Below are positions 52,957 to 61,866 of a stretch of DNA of 64,000 bases, one piece after another. The stretch lies in assembly GCA_036489975.1 (NCBI GenBank), contig DASXES010000053.1, positions 21,506 through 85,505 of the forward strand, in the 5' to 3' direction. Under the pieces are notes generated by a model that saw nothing but the letters and a program-made list of their open reading frames with translations, did not search any database and was not told the origin of the DNA. Within the stretch, counting starts at the first letter, position 1. Each line of letters begins with the position of its first letter. The position numbers were made by a program, and so were the translations under genes. This DNA comes from Roseiarcus sp. (lineage in GTDB: Bacteria > Pseudomonadota > Alphaproteobacteria > Rhizobiales > Beijerinckiaceae).

Positions 52957-53172
52957 ATGGCGGAGAGCGTCTACAAAGTGGTTGAACTCGTGGGCACGAG
53001 CTCGGAATCGTGGGAGAAGGCCGCCGCGGCCGCCGTCGCACGCGCATCGAAGAGCCTGAGGGACCTGCGCGTCGCCGAGGTCGTCGAGCAGGACCTGGTG
53101 ATCGAAAACGGCAAGATTGAAGCCTATCGCACCAGGCTCAAGGTCTCGTTCAAGTATGAAGGCAAGGACTAA
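52957..53172 (+). CDS. Dodecin family flavin-binding protein
   Basis: VYKVVELVGTSSESWEKAA..SLRDLR..YRTRLKVSFK; GGAGG RBS. Confidence 0.92.
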   Translation: MAESVYKVVELVGTSSESWEKAAAAAVARASKSLRDLRVAEVVEQDLVIENGKIEAYRTRLKVSFKYEGKD

Positions 53173-53221
53173 ATAACTCGGGCGCCGGTCGCCGTTCAGG
53201 AACCGCGATGACGGCGCCCCC

Positions 53222-53875
53222 CTAAAACTCGACTTCGAGCTCCTCGATCGCCTCCTCTTCGGCCCCCGCGGCGGCGCGCCACTCCTGCATCGCCGGCAGG
53301 TCCCACACGCGCTCGGCGTAGGCTTTCAATTCGCCGTCGAGTTTGATTCCATAGGTGCGAAAGCGGCTCACCACCGGCGCATACATCGCGTCCGCCATAC
53401 TGATCTTGCCGAACAGGAACGGCCCCCCATAGGCCTGCAGGCACTCGCTCCAGATGATGACGATGCGGTCGATGTCGGCGCGCGCCTTCGACCAGATCTT
53501 GAAGCGTGGGAACTCGGCCTTGATGTTCATCGGCAGCGCCTGCCGGAGCGAGACGAAGCCGGAATGCATCTCGCCGCAAATGGACCGGCAGTGCGCGCGG
53601 ACTGCCTGATCCTTAGGCAGAAGTCCGGCTTTTGGCGCGATTTCGTTCAGGAATTCCCCGATCGCCAGGGTGTCCCAGACGCGAACGCCCTTGTAGGTGA
53701 GACAAGGGACGAGGATCGACGGCGACAGCAGCAGAATCTCGGCCCGAGCGCCCGCGTCGTCCGGGGCGACAATGATCTCCTCGAAATCGATCCCAGCGAG
53801 CTTGGCCATCAGCCAGCCCCTGAGGGACCAGGAGGAGTAATTCTTGCTGCTCAAAGTCAGCGTGGTTTGCGACAT
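53222..53875 (-). CDS. Glutathione S-transferase family protein
   Basis: SKNYSSWSLRGWL, SILVP..VWDTLAI and EMHSGF..LR motifs. Confidence 0.92.
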   Translation of the reverse strand: MSQTTLTLSSKNYSSWSLRGWLMAKLAGIDFEEIIVAPDDAGARAEILLLSPSILVPCLTYKGVRVWDTLAIGEFLNEIAPKAGLLPKDQAVRAHCRSICGEMHSGFVSLRQALPMNIKAEFPRFKIWSKARADIDRIVIIWSECLQAYGGPFLFGKISMADAMYAPVVSRFRTYGIKLDGELKAYAERVWDLPAMQEWRAAAGAEEEAIEELEVEF

Positions 53876-53926
53876 TGAGGCGGTTCCCCCGCGGATAAGT
53901 AAAAGAAATCAAGCCGATCGGAATTT

Positions 53927-53942
53927 AGCAAAGGACGTGCCA
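53927..53942 (-). promoter_or_regulatory. Sigma54 (-24/-12) promoter for gst
   Basis: The minus strand reads TGGCACGTCCTTTGCT, a full match to TGGCACG-N4-TTGCW, 52 nt from the gst ATG. Confidence 0.85.
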
Positions 53943-53950
53943 CGAGCCGC

Positions 53951-53966
53951 TGGCATATGCTTTGCT
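53951..53966 (+). promoter_or_regulatory. Sigma54 (-24/-12) promoter for phaZ
   Basis: TGGCATATGCTTTGCT has exactly 10 nt between GG and GC. Confidence 0.7.
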
Positions 53967-54099
53967 ACCTTAGAGCGCGCAACGAAAGAGTGGACGCCGG
54001 TTTTTCGCGGATCAAAACGCGCGAGATCAGGGGAGCCAGAGCCTGCTGCGATTCGATCGAGTTGCGGGGGACGCTAGCGGGCCAGAGCACGGGCGATTC

Positions 54100-55314
54100 A
54101 TGATGTACGACGCATATCAGGGGATAGCCGACGTCGGCGATCGCGTGCGTCTCTTGGCCCGGAACGCGCACGGGATCCTGTCGGCGTGGTCGGCGCAACC
54201 GACCGCATCGCCATGGGCGCGGATGAGCGCCTATTACGAACTGGTCGCCCTCGCCGGTTTCACTCACGCGCGCCCCGACTACGCGATCGACAGCGTTGAG
54301 ATCAACGGCAAGCCCGTATCCGTCGAGGAGAGCGGCGTCATGTGGACGCCGTTCTGCCAGCTGCTTCGCTTTCGCAAAGCCGGCGGCGCGGACGATCCCA
54401 AGATCCTTCTGGTCGCGCCGATGTCGGGCCATTTCGCCACGCTCCTGCGCGGCACGATCCGCACGCTGTTGCGCGACCACCAGGTGTTCATCACCGACTG
54501 GATCAATCCGCGCAACGTCAAGCTCGAGGCTGGCGGCTTCACGCTCGAGGACTATACCCAGCATCTGATCGATTTCGTCCGCTTCATCGGTGAGGACTGC
54601 CATATCGTCGCCGTCTGCCAGCCGACGGTCTCGGCGCTTGCGGCGACCGCGGTCATGGCGCGCGACCGCGATGGGGTCCAGCCGGCGAGCCTCACCTTGA
54701 TGGCCGGACCCATCGATGCGCGCGTCTCGCCGACCAAGGTCAACGAACTCGCCCAGGAAAAGCCGATCGAATGGTTCCGCTCGAACATGATCGGAACCGT
54801 GCCGGCCAAATTCGAGGGGCGGGGGCGGCGCGTCTATCCGGGGTTCCTTCAGCTCTGCGCCTTCATGAGCATGAACGCCGAGCGGCACTCGAAGTCCTTC
54901 GTCGACCTCTTCCACCATCGCGTCGCCGGCGACATGGAGAAGGCGGACGCGATCCGGGACTTCTACAGGGAATATTTCGCGATCATGGACATGAGCGCGG
55001 ACTTCTATCTCGAAACCGTCGATCAGGTGTTCCAACGCTATCTCCTGCCGCTTGGGAAGATGCGCTACAAGGGCGAGCCGATCGACTTGCGTGCAATCAA
55101 GAAGACGTTCCTTTTGACGGTCGAAGGCGAGAAGGACGACATCTGCGCCGTCGGCCAGACGCTGGCCGCGCAGGACCTGTGCTCGGGGCTGCGGCCCTAC
55201 ATGAAGACCCATCACTTGCAGGCCGGCGTCGGCCACTACGGCGTCTTCAACGGCAAGCGCTGGGAGGGGCAGGTCTATCCGGTGCTCCGCAACCACATCC
55301 AGGCGAGCTGCTGA
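54100..55314 (+). CDS. phaZ: Intracellular polyhydroxyalkanoate depolymerase
   Basis: LLVAPMSGHFATLLR, VAVCQP (catalytic Cys), VYPGFLQL, EGEKDDI and VGHYGVFNG motifs. Confidence 0.95.
   Translation: MMYDAYQGIADVGDRVRLLARNAHGILSAWSAQPTASPWARMSAYYELVALAGFTHARPDYAIDSVEINGKPVSVEESGVMWTPFCQLLRFRKAGGADDPKILLVAPMSGHFATLLRGTIRTLLRDHQVFITDWINPRNVKLEAGGFTLEDYTQHLIDFVRFIGEDCHIVAVCQPTVSALAATAVMARDRDGVQPASLTLMAGPIDARVSPTKVNELAQEKPIEWFRSNMIGTVPAKFEGRGRRVYPGFLQLCAFMSMNAERHSKSFVDLFHHRVAGDMEKADAIRDFYREYFAIMDMSADFYLETVDQVFQRYLLPLGKMRYKGEPIDLRAIKKTFLLTVEGEKDDICAVGQTLAAQDLCSGLRPYMKTHHLQAGVGHYGVFNGKRWEGQVYPVLRNHIQASC
55256..55308 (+). repeat. Direct repeat copy 1 (phaZ 3' end)
   Basis: 48/53 identical to 55873-55924. 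Confidence 0.9.
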
Positions 55315-55396
55315 CGGATTGGACGCTCGCGTTTCAGCGGGCTAGGAACGACTCGCGCGGCGATTCGCTGCCGTATGCAATTGGGCTTGGGGTTAC

Positions 55397-55874
55397 ATGA
55401 TCGGAAAATTTGGTTTTCGGCCCGCGGCCGGCCGCGCTCGCGCTTGCGGGCTGCAACTCGGCCTCGACTCCGATTCCGATCCAGGCGCCGACCGCTCAGA
55501 GCATCGCGGGCCTGACCCCCTCGGGCAAGGTCACAATGACGCAGGTCTTCGCTGGCGGCATTGGGGTCGGAACGGGCGCGCTGACGTTCAACGGCAAGAC
55601 CTATCCCTTCAAGATGCTTGGAACCGTCGTCGGGCCGGGCAGCATCGCGAAGATCGCTGTGAGAGGCGATGTCTACAAGCTTGACGATCCCTCTGAGTTT
55701 TCCGGCTTATGGGTCGAGGGAACGGGCCCGGTCGGCCTTGAGACTGCGCAGACGAGCGACCTCTGGCTCCAGAACAAGGCCGGCGTCGTCATGCACCTCA
55801 CGGGAACGCAAACCGGCGTGACGCTGAGCCTCGGTAAGGACGAGATCTACATCAGGCTCGGCCAATCGAACTAG
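55397..55874 (+). CDS. Hypothetical lipoprotein, apparently frameshifted near 55430
   Basis: The lipobox LAGC and the body are in the frame of ORF 55410-55874. Removing one base near 55430 joins ATG 55397 to give MIGKFGFRPAAAALALAGC. Confidence 0.7.
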
Positions 55875-55924
55875 CGCTGGGAGAGGCAGGTCTATCGGGT
55901 GCCGCGCAACCCATCCAGGCGAGC
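55873..55924 (+). repeat. Direct repeat copy 2 (degenerate phaZ 3' end)
   Basis: agcgctgggagaggcaggtctatcgggtgccgcgcaacc-catccaggcgagc. Confidence 0.9.
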
Positions 55925-55947
55925 CAGTAGGCGAAGGAGACGGGACT

Positions 55948-56559
55948 TCAGGGAGCCCTGACGGCCCGGGCGCCCGCGGCCCAGTCGAGCCCCTGTTCGA
56001 GCCGGTCGTTGCCCCAGAAGACTTCGCCGTCTTCCGTGATGAGAGAGGGCGCGCCGATGATTCCGATCTCGACCGCGCGGGCGCATTCGGCCTTGAGGAG
56101 CGCTTTGGTCGACTCGCTTTGGGCGCGCTCGAACGTGGCCGCCGGATCGACCCCGCACGCGGCCAGTAACGCGCCAAGAATCGCGCGATCGCCGATCGCC
56201 ATGCCTTCCGCGAATTCGGCGGCGAAGACGCGGCGCGAGAAATCCGCGCGCGCGGCGCCCTCGAGCGTGAGCGCGACCCGCGCGGCGAGCAGGCTCGGCT
56301 GTGGAAAAGGTTCAGGCCGCCTGAGCGGAACGCCCATCGCCGCGCATGTGCGCTGAAGATCGCGCCACATGTAACGGCCTTTGGCGGGAAAAATGTTGAA
56401 CGGCGAGTCGCGCCAGCCTTGCGCCGCGAAGATCGGCCCCAGCAGGAACGGGCGCCAGACAAGGCTCACGCCGCGCTCATCGGCGAGCGCGGCGATCCTC
56501 AGCGCCGCCGGATAGGAATAGGTGCTCGCGAACTCGTACCAGAATTCCGCGCTCGGCAT
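55948..56559 (-). CDS. 2-hydroxychromene-2-carboxylate isomerase / DsbA-FrnE family protein
   Basis: EFWYEFASTYSY, WRPFLLG, KGRYMWRD and GEVFWGNDRL motifs. Confidence 0.9.
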   Translation of the reverse strand: MPSAEFWYEFASTYSYPAALRIAALADERGVSLVWRPFLLGPIFAAQGWRDSPFNIFPAKGRYMWRDLQRTCAAMGVPLRRPEPFPQPSLLAARVALTLEGAARADFSRRVFAAEFAEGMAIGDRAILGALLAACGVDPAATFERAQSESTKALLKAECARAVEIGIIGAPSLITEDGEVFWGNDRLEQGLDWAAGARAVRAP

Positions 56560-56632
56560 CGCGCTTCCTTAAAAGACTGCGCGACTTTGACATGGGCCGG
56601 GCGGGGCCGGAAGGCCCAAGGCCGCCCGCGAT

Positions 56633-56664
56633 AAAAAGCCGCCCCATCGGTGGGATGGGGCGGC
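56633..56664 (-). terminator. Intrinsic terminator of the small secreted-protein gene
   Basis: 11-bp stem gccgccccatc/gatggggcggc followed by T5 on the minus strand. Confidence 0.85.
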
Positions 56665-56684
56665 CTTTGGCGTTCGCTCGGCGA

Positions 56685-56939
56685 TCAGTTCTTCGGCGCG
56701 TCGGCGGGAGCGGCCGGCGCCATGGCGCCTTCCGCCGGCTTCTTCATTTTTTTGGCCATGTGCTTCTTGGCCATGTGCTTCTTGTGAGCCTTCATCGAGT
56801 CCTTGGCCGGCGCCATGTTGTCGGTGGCGGCCGGGGCCGCGCCGGCGGCCGGCGTCGTCGTGTCAGTCTGGGCAAGCGCGGCAAGAGGCGCCAAAGCGAT
56901 GGCGGCGCTGATCCCGATCGCGGCGAGTGTCTTGTGCAT
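56685..56939 (-). CDS. Small secreted Ala/Lys/Pro-rich protein
   Basis: Signal peptide (ALA-QT); KKHMAKKHMAKKMKK repeat; GGGAGA RBS; own terminator. Confidence 0.8.
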   Translation of the reverse strand: MHKTLAAIGISAAIALAPLAALAQTDTTTPAAGAAPAATDNMAPAKDSMKAHKKHMAKKHMAKKMKKPAEGAMAPAAPADAPKN

Positions 56940-57112
56940 TTTACATTCTCCCTGTCGTCGTTCGACTCATGGCCGTGACGGGGCGAGGCAATGCGCCCCT
57001 CAACATGAATTGGCAATGAATGCAGAATGGCCGGAATTAGGCGCAGTTCCGCAGGCGAAACGCGCAGTTTGACGCAGCGGCGGGCTCTCCCTATGTAGCT
57101 TGAAGGGCCGCC

Positions 57113-58204
57113 ATGTCGCACAATACGTTCGGACATCTCTTTCGCGTCACCACGTTCGGCGAAAGTCACGGGGCCGGAATAGGGTGCGTCGTCGACGGCT
57201 GTCCGCCACGCATCCCCCTGGATGTGACTGACATCCAGGCCGAGCTCGATCGCCGGCGTCCAGGAACGTCGCGCTTCACCACCCAGCGGCGCGAGCCGGA
57301 CGAAGCGCGCATTCTCTCCGGCGTGACGATCGAGGAAGAAACCGGCCGTCAGGTGACGACCGGAACGCCGATTGGCGTGTTCATTGACAACGTCGACCAG
57401 CGATCGAAGGACTATAGCGACATCAAGGACAAGTACCGTCCGGGCCACGCCGATTACGCCTATGAGGCGAAGTACGGCATCCGTGACTATCGCGGCGGTG
57501 GCCGTTCCTCAGCGCGCGAGACGGCTGCGCGCGTCATCGCCGGCGCGATCGCCCGCAAGGTCATCCCCGCCGTTCGCGTTCAAGGCGCGCTCGTGCAAAT
57601 GGGCAAGCTCAAGATCGACCGGACGCGCTGGGACTGGGACGAAGTCGGCCGCAACCCGTTCTTCACCCCCGATGCCGCGGCGGCCGAGCGTTTCACCAAT
57701 TATCTCGACGAAGTGCGCAAGGCGGGCTCCTCGGTTGGCGCCGTGATCGAGATCGTCGCCGAGGGTGCGCCGGCCGGGTGGGGCGCGCCGATCTACGGCA
57801 AGCTCGACGCCGAACTGGCCGCGGCGATGATGAGCATCAACGCGGTCAAGGGCGTTGAGATCGGCGACGGTTTCGGGGCGGCGGAGCTCTCGGGTGAAGA
57901 AAACGCCGACGAGATGCGCTGGGGCAACGAGGGCGCCCCGCGCTTTCTCTCCAATCACGCCGGCGGCGTTCTCGGCGGCATCTCGACCGGACAGCCGATC
58001 GTCGCCCGCTTCGCCGTCAAGCCGACATCGTCGATCCTCGCGTCGCGCCGCACCATCACGCGAGACGGCGAGGAAACTGACATCGTCACCAAAGGCCGCC
58101 ATGACCCTTGCGTCGGCATTCGCGCCGTGCCGGTCGGCGAAGCGATGGTCGCCTGCGTGCTGGCGGATGCGTTCCTGCGTCACCGGGGGCAGGTGGGCGC
58201 ATAA
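57113..58204 (+). CDS. aroC: Chorismate synthase
   Basis: [37 protein letters not shown] and RHDPCV motifs. Confidence 0.97.
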   Translation: MSHNTFGHLFRVTTFGESHGAGIGCVVDGCPPRIPLDVTDIQAELDRRRPGTSRFTTQRREPDEARILSGVTIEEETGRQVTTGTPIGVFIDNVDQRSKDYSDIKDKYRPGHADYAYEAKYGIRDYRGGGRSSARETAARVIAGAIARKVIPAVRVQGALVQMGKLKIDRTRWDWDEVGRNPFFTPDAAAAERFTNYLDEVRKAGSSVGAVIEIVAEGAPAGWGAPIYGKLDAELAAAMMSINAVKGVEIGDGFGAAELSGEENADEMRWGNEGAPRFLSNHAGGVLGGISTGQPIVARFAVKPTSSILASRRTITRDGEETDIVTKGRHDPCVGIRAVPVGEAMVACVLADAFLRHRGQVGA

Positions 58205-58345
58205 GCCGACCCGCGTCGCGCGTCGCGTCTCCAATCCCAACGCAAGAAGCGGAGTGTGACGCCCCCGCGCAACGCCTAGTCCTTCGCTCGGGGATCAGCG
58301 AGCGACTTCGATGATCCTCGGATACGAGCGAGAGGATCCATTTCC

Positions 58346-58795
58346 ATGAGCAAGCAAAACGACAACAAAGCCGTGGTGGGCCGATGGTTCACCGAATTCT
58401 GGGGCAAGACCGTCAATCTCGCGGTCGTCGACGAGATCGCCGCGCCGGACATGCTCTTGAAATATTCGCTGCACGCGCCTCGCCGCGGACGCGACGACAT
58501 AAGAGCGTTCATTACCGACTTTCGCGCGGCGTTCCCCGACCTCAACTTCTGGGGGACCGCCGATCTGATCGCCGAAGGCGACTATGTGGTCGGCCAGTGG
58601 GAGGGCGGGGGAACCCACACCGGTCCTGCCTTCAAGGACTTCCTGGTCGGAAGCCTCCCCGCCGCCACTGGTCGCAAGATGCGCTTCACCGGCATCACGG
58701 TTCTCAAGGTGGTCGACGGCAGGATCGCAGAGGAGGTCGGCCTCGACGACGGCGTCACCGCGCTGACCCAGCTCGGTCTCATCAGCGCCGCATGA
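58346..58795 (+). CDS. SnoaL-like ester cyclase family protein
   Basis: FRAAFPDL, LIAEGDYVV..W..GGTH and GRIAEE motifs. Confidence 0.88.
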   Translation: MSKQNDNKAVVGRWFTEFWGKTVNLAVVDEIAAPDMLLKYSLHAPRRGRDDIRAFITDFRAAFPDLNFWGTADLIAEGDYVVGQWEGGGTHTGPAFKDFLVGSLPAATGRKMRFTGITVLKVVDGRIAEEVGLDDGVTALTQLGLISAA

Positions 58796-58834
58796 TCGAG
58801 CCGTCCAGAACGTCCATGTCGCGAATGTTTTAAG

Positions 58835-58866
58835 AAAAGCCGGGCGCCAAGGCGCTCGGCTTTTTT
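58835..58866 (+). terminator. Intrinsic terminator
   Basis: gccgggcgcc..ggcgctcggc stem followed by T6 and preceded by A4 (possibly bidirectional). Confidence 0.85.
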
Positions 58867-59011
58867 GTGCGGGCGCCTGGAAAAGCAGGCTCGATCCCCC
58901 CCTCGATTCCGCATATTCGAGTTGCGCCTTACGGTACAATGGCCGGGTCGGTTCATGGCGCCGTCACCCTCGATCTATTTCCTGTGGGGACGCGAATCGG
59001 AGGTTGGGGAA

Positions 59012-60736
59012 ATGTCGGAGCACCATGGCTATGGATTCACACGCCGCGGCGTGCTGACCGGAGTTGCGAGCGGCCTTGCGTTGGCGGCAACGGAGTCGCA
59101 GCGGGCTCAGGCGCAAGCGGCGCCGGCGCAAGTTGCCGGCCGAGTCTCGGGCCAAGATTCGGGACAAGTCTCGGGAATCGTGTTCGAGGACAGGGACGGC
59201 TCGGGCGTGGCCAGCGCAAATCCTGGGCTCGCCGGCGTGCTTGTCTCGAACGGCCGCGATGTCGCCGTGACCGGCGCCGATGGCCGCTACATGCTGCCGC
59301 TGCCGGACGAAGCGACGATCTTCGTCATCAAGCCGGCGGGGTTCATGGCGCCGGTCGAGCGCGAGACCAATCTGCCGCGATTCTACCGCCATCACTATCC
59401 CAAGGGCTCGCCGGCGGAACTCAACCTGCGCTTCGAGGGCTTAGGCCCGACCGGGCCTCTGCCCGCATCGGTGGATTTCCCGCTTCGCCGACAGGACGAA
59501 CCAGAGGCGTTCAACGCCGTGATGGTGAGCGATCCGCAGCCGGAGACGGGCGCCGAAGTCGACTTCGTTCGCGAAGACCTGATCGAGGCTCTGGCGGGCG
59601 CCGACGCCAAGTTCGGCCTGACCGCCGGCGACATCATGTTCGACGATCTCTCGCTCTATCCGCGGTCGAACGCGATCATGGGCTCGATCGGGCTCACGTG
59701 GTGGAATGTCGGCGGCAACCACGATCTCAATCTCGACGCGCCGGACCGGCGATATAGCCGCGAGACCTACAAGCGCGTGTTCGGCCCGAACTACTACGCG
59801 TTCTTCTATGCGAAGACGCTCTTCCTTATGCTCGACGACGTCAATTATCTCGGGCCCGACCCGCGCAGGCCCGGCGGCAGGTACGAGGGCCGGTTCGACG
59901 AGGGGCAGCTTGCGTTCGTGCGCAACGTGCTCAAGCACACGCCCGGTGACACGCTGATCGTCATGGTGATGCACATCCCCATCCGCACCTTTTTGGGCGA
60001 CGAGCCCTATCAGAATCTTCAGGGTCGCGAGGCGTTCTTCGATCTGTTCGAGGGGCGGCGCTTCGCCGTCAGCTTCGCCGGCCACACGCACACGACCGAG
60101 CATCATTATTTCGATGGGTCTGACGGCTGGAAGGGCGCGGCGCCGCTTCATCAGCACATCCTGACGACGCTCTCGGGCTCATGGTGGAGCGGGCCGTCCG
60201 ACCATCGCGGCGTGCCCTCGGCCGACAGCCGCGACGGGACGCCGAACGGCTTCCATATCCTGTCGGTCGACGGCAACGGCTATACGACCCGCTTTGTTCC
60301 GGCGAAGGAGCCGAACGGAAGGCAGATGCGGCTTTCGCTGCTCAGCCGCTCTCATGGAATCGGCAAGGACATCGACCGCGATTTCCGTCAGGTGCGCCTT
60401 TTGGGCTCCCCCGTCCCGCGCGAGGCGCTGAGCGCTTCCACGCTCGTCGCCAATGTGTTCGACGGCGGCGACAAGACGAGGGTCAAGATGATCATCGGCG
60501 ACCTGGCGCCGATCGAAATGATCCGAAGCGCCCGACCCGATCCCTTTGTGCAGGAAGTGTTCGCCCGCAACGAGGCCACGAAAAAAGCGTGGGCGAGCGC
60601 CGACATTTCCTCGCACATCTGGACCGCCCGCCTGCCGCGCGACCTCAAGGCCGGAACCTATCAGGTGATCGTCGCGGCCACGGGAGAATACGGACAGCCG
60701 TTGAGCGGGCGCCTCGCGCTCGAGGTGAAGGGGTAG
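59012..60736 (+). CDS. Tat-exported calcineurin-like metallophosphoesterase with an N-terminal SdrD/Cna-like module
   Basis: TRRGVL Tat signal; GVLVSNGRDV; SDPQ, AGDIMFD, GNHD, HIP and GHTH metal motifs. Start refined to ATG 59012. Confidence 0.88.
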   Translation: MSEHHGYGFTRRGVLTGVASGLALAATESQRAQAQAAPAQVAGRVSGQDSGQVSGIVFEDRDGSGVASANPGLAGVLVSNGRDVAVTGADGRYMLPLPDEATIFVIKPAGFMAPVERETNLPRFYRHHYPKGSPAELNLRFEGLGPTGPLPASVDFPLRRQDEPEAFNAVMVSDPQPETGAEVDFVREDLIEALAGADAKFGLTAGDIMFDDLSLYPRSNAIMGSIGLTWWNVGGNHDLNLDAPDRRYSRETYKRVFGPNYYAFFYAKTLFLMLDDVNYLGPDPRRPGGRYEGRFDEGQLAFVRNVLKHTPGDTLIVMVMHIPIRTFLGDEPYQNLQGREAFFDLFEGRRFAVSFAGHTHTTEHHYFDGSDGWKGAAPLHQHILTTLSGSWWSGPSDHRGVPSADSRDGTPNGFHILSVDGNGYTTRFVPAKEPNGRQMRLSLLSRSHGIGKDIDRDFRQVRLLGSPVPREALSASTLVANVFDGGDKTRVKMIIGDLAPIEMIRSARPDPFVQEVFARNEATKKAWASADISSHIWTARLPRDLKAGTYQVIVAATGEYGQPLSGRLALEVKG

Positions 60737-60782
60737 GGCGGGACGGCGAGCGCCGCCTCGCCTTTAAGTCCGCGTTACGCGC

Positions 60783-61013
60783 TCAGCAGGGGGCGCACCA
60801 GCAACGCCAGCGGCCGCACACCCGGTGGTGCCACGGGCCGCAGAACCGGCCCCAATGAGGACCGCAGGCGGCCTTTTCTACGGGGGTGAAATTCTTGGCC
60901 GGCGCCGCGAGCGCCGCGGGGCCGCGCTCCATCTGGGCGCTCGCGCCCGAAATCAGCGCCCCGCCCATCGTGAGCGCCGCCGCGCTCGCGAGCGCAATCG
61001 CCAGTCTTCGCAT
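60783..61013 (-). CDS. Small secreted peptide with a 6-Cys, Trp/Arg/His-rich C-terminus
   Basis: GGAGGA RBS; signal peptide; CGPHWGRFCGPWHHRVCGRWRCWCAPC. Confidence 0.75.
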   Translation of the reverse strand: MRRLAIALASAAALTMGGALISGASAQMERGPAALAAPAKNFTPVEKAACGPHWGRFCGPWHHRVCGRWRCWCAPC

Positions 61014-61221
61014 GCCTCGTCCTCCTCGATCCGTTTCGCCCCGAGGCGACCCGCGCGCCGCTCAAGCCGGCGTCCGCCGCGGGGTCGCTCCGCAGCGCCA
61101 GTCTCCGCCGGGCCTCGCAGTTTTCGCAACCCTGCAAAAGTGTTGATGGATAACCGCTTGGCGTTTTGCAGCGGCGTTCGGGCGGGGCGTCAGCGCCTCG
61201 GGCTGTCGCGCCGGAGCAAGC

Positions 61222-61788
61222 TCACGAGCTCGTGTAACTGATCGCGGAGTAGAAATTGTGCCCGTACATGGCGATCGCCCGCGCTTTGTCCAGACCGTTG
61301 ATGATCCTACGGGCGTTCACCCAGTCCTCTCTCGTCGTGCTGAAATAATCGCTCAAGGACTTGCCGGTGAACAGTCCCTTGAACATGCCAAGGAACATGA
61401 TGTTGGTCGCGTTGCCGACCTCGAGCGCCATCTCGGGATGGTCGACGAAGTCGACGCCCAGCAAGTCTGACATGGTTTTGTAATTGCGCTCCCAGGTCAA
61501 TTGCACGAAACCACGGCCATAATAGACGGCGCCGGTCGCCGGATCAGGCTTTCCGTATGGCGTCCCGCGACCTTTGCCGTATTCCTCGATCGGCTGCATG
61601 TGCTGGTCGGTTTCATGGTACGTCGTTGCCAGCGCGTAGGCGAGCCAGCGGTCGTCGCTGTTGGCATATTTGGCCTCCCAACCATCGAGAATCGCATTCA
61701 TCCCATCGACCTGCGATTGCTGGAGGGTGTTGGCGAACATCACCCGGCGCGCCTGAGTGAAGAAAAACCCACGATTGATCCGAGCCAT
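61222..61788 (-). CDS. Glycoside hydrolase family 19 phage-type lysozyme/endolysin (orphan)
   Basis: LAYALATTYHET, YYGRGFVQLTWERNY and ARRIING motifs; no signal peptide. Start refined to ATG 61788 (ORF open to 61860). Confidence 0.85.
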   Translation of the reverse strand: MARINRGFFFTQARRVMFANTLQQSQVDGMNAILDGWEAKYANSDDRWLAYALATTYHETDQHMQPIEEYGKGRGTPYGKPDPATGAVYYGRGFVQLTWERNYKTMSDLLGVDFVDHPEMALEVGNATNIMFLGMFKGLFTGKSLSDYFSTTREDWVNARRIINGLDKARAIAMYGHNFYSAISYTSS

Positions 61789-61866
61789 TCGAGCCCCCAA
61801 AAGACAGGCGATATCATTTGTGATTATCAGCATATTATTCTCACCTCCTAAATATCGCAAGAAAAT

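Noticed and set aside
59145-59176. 12-nt repeats (SGQD-SGQV-SG) in the phosphoesterase linker
   Set aside because: A short linker duplication with no sign of functional significance.
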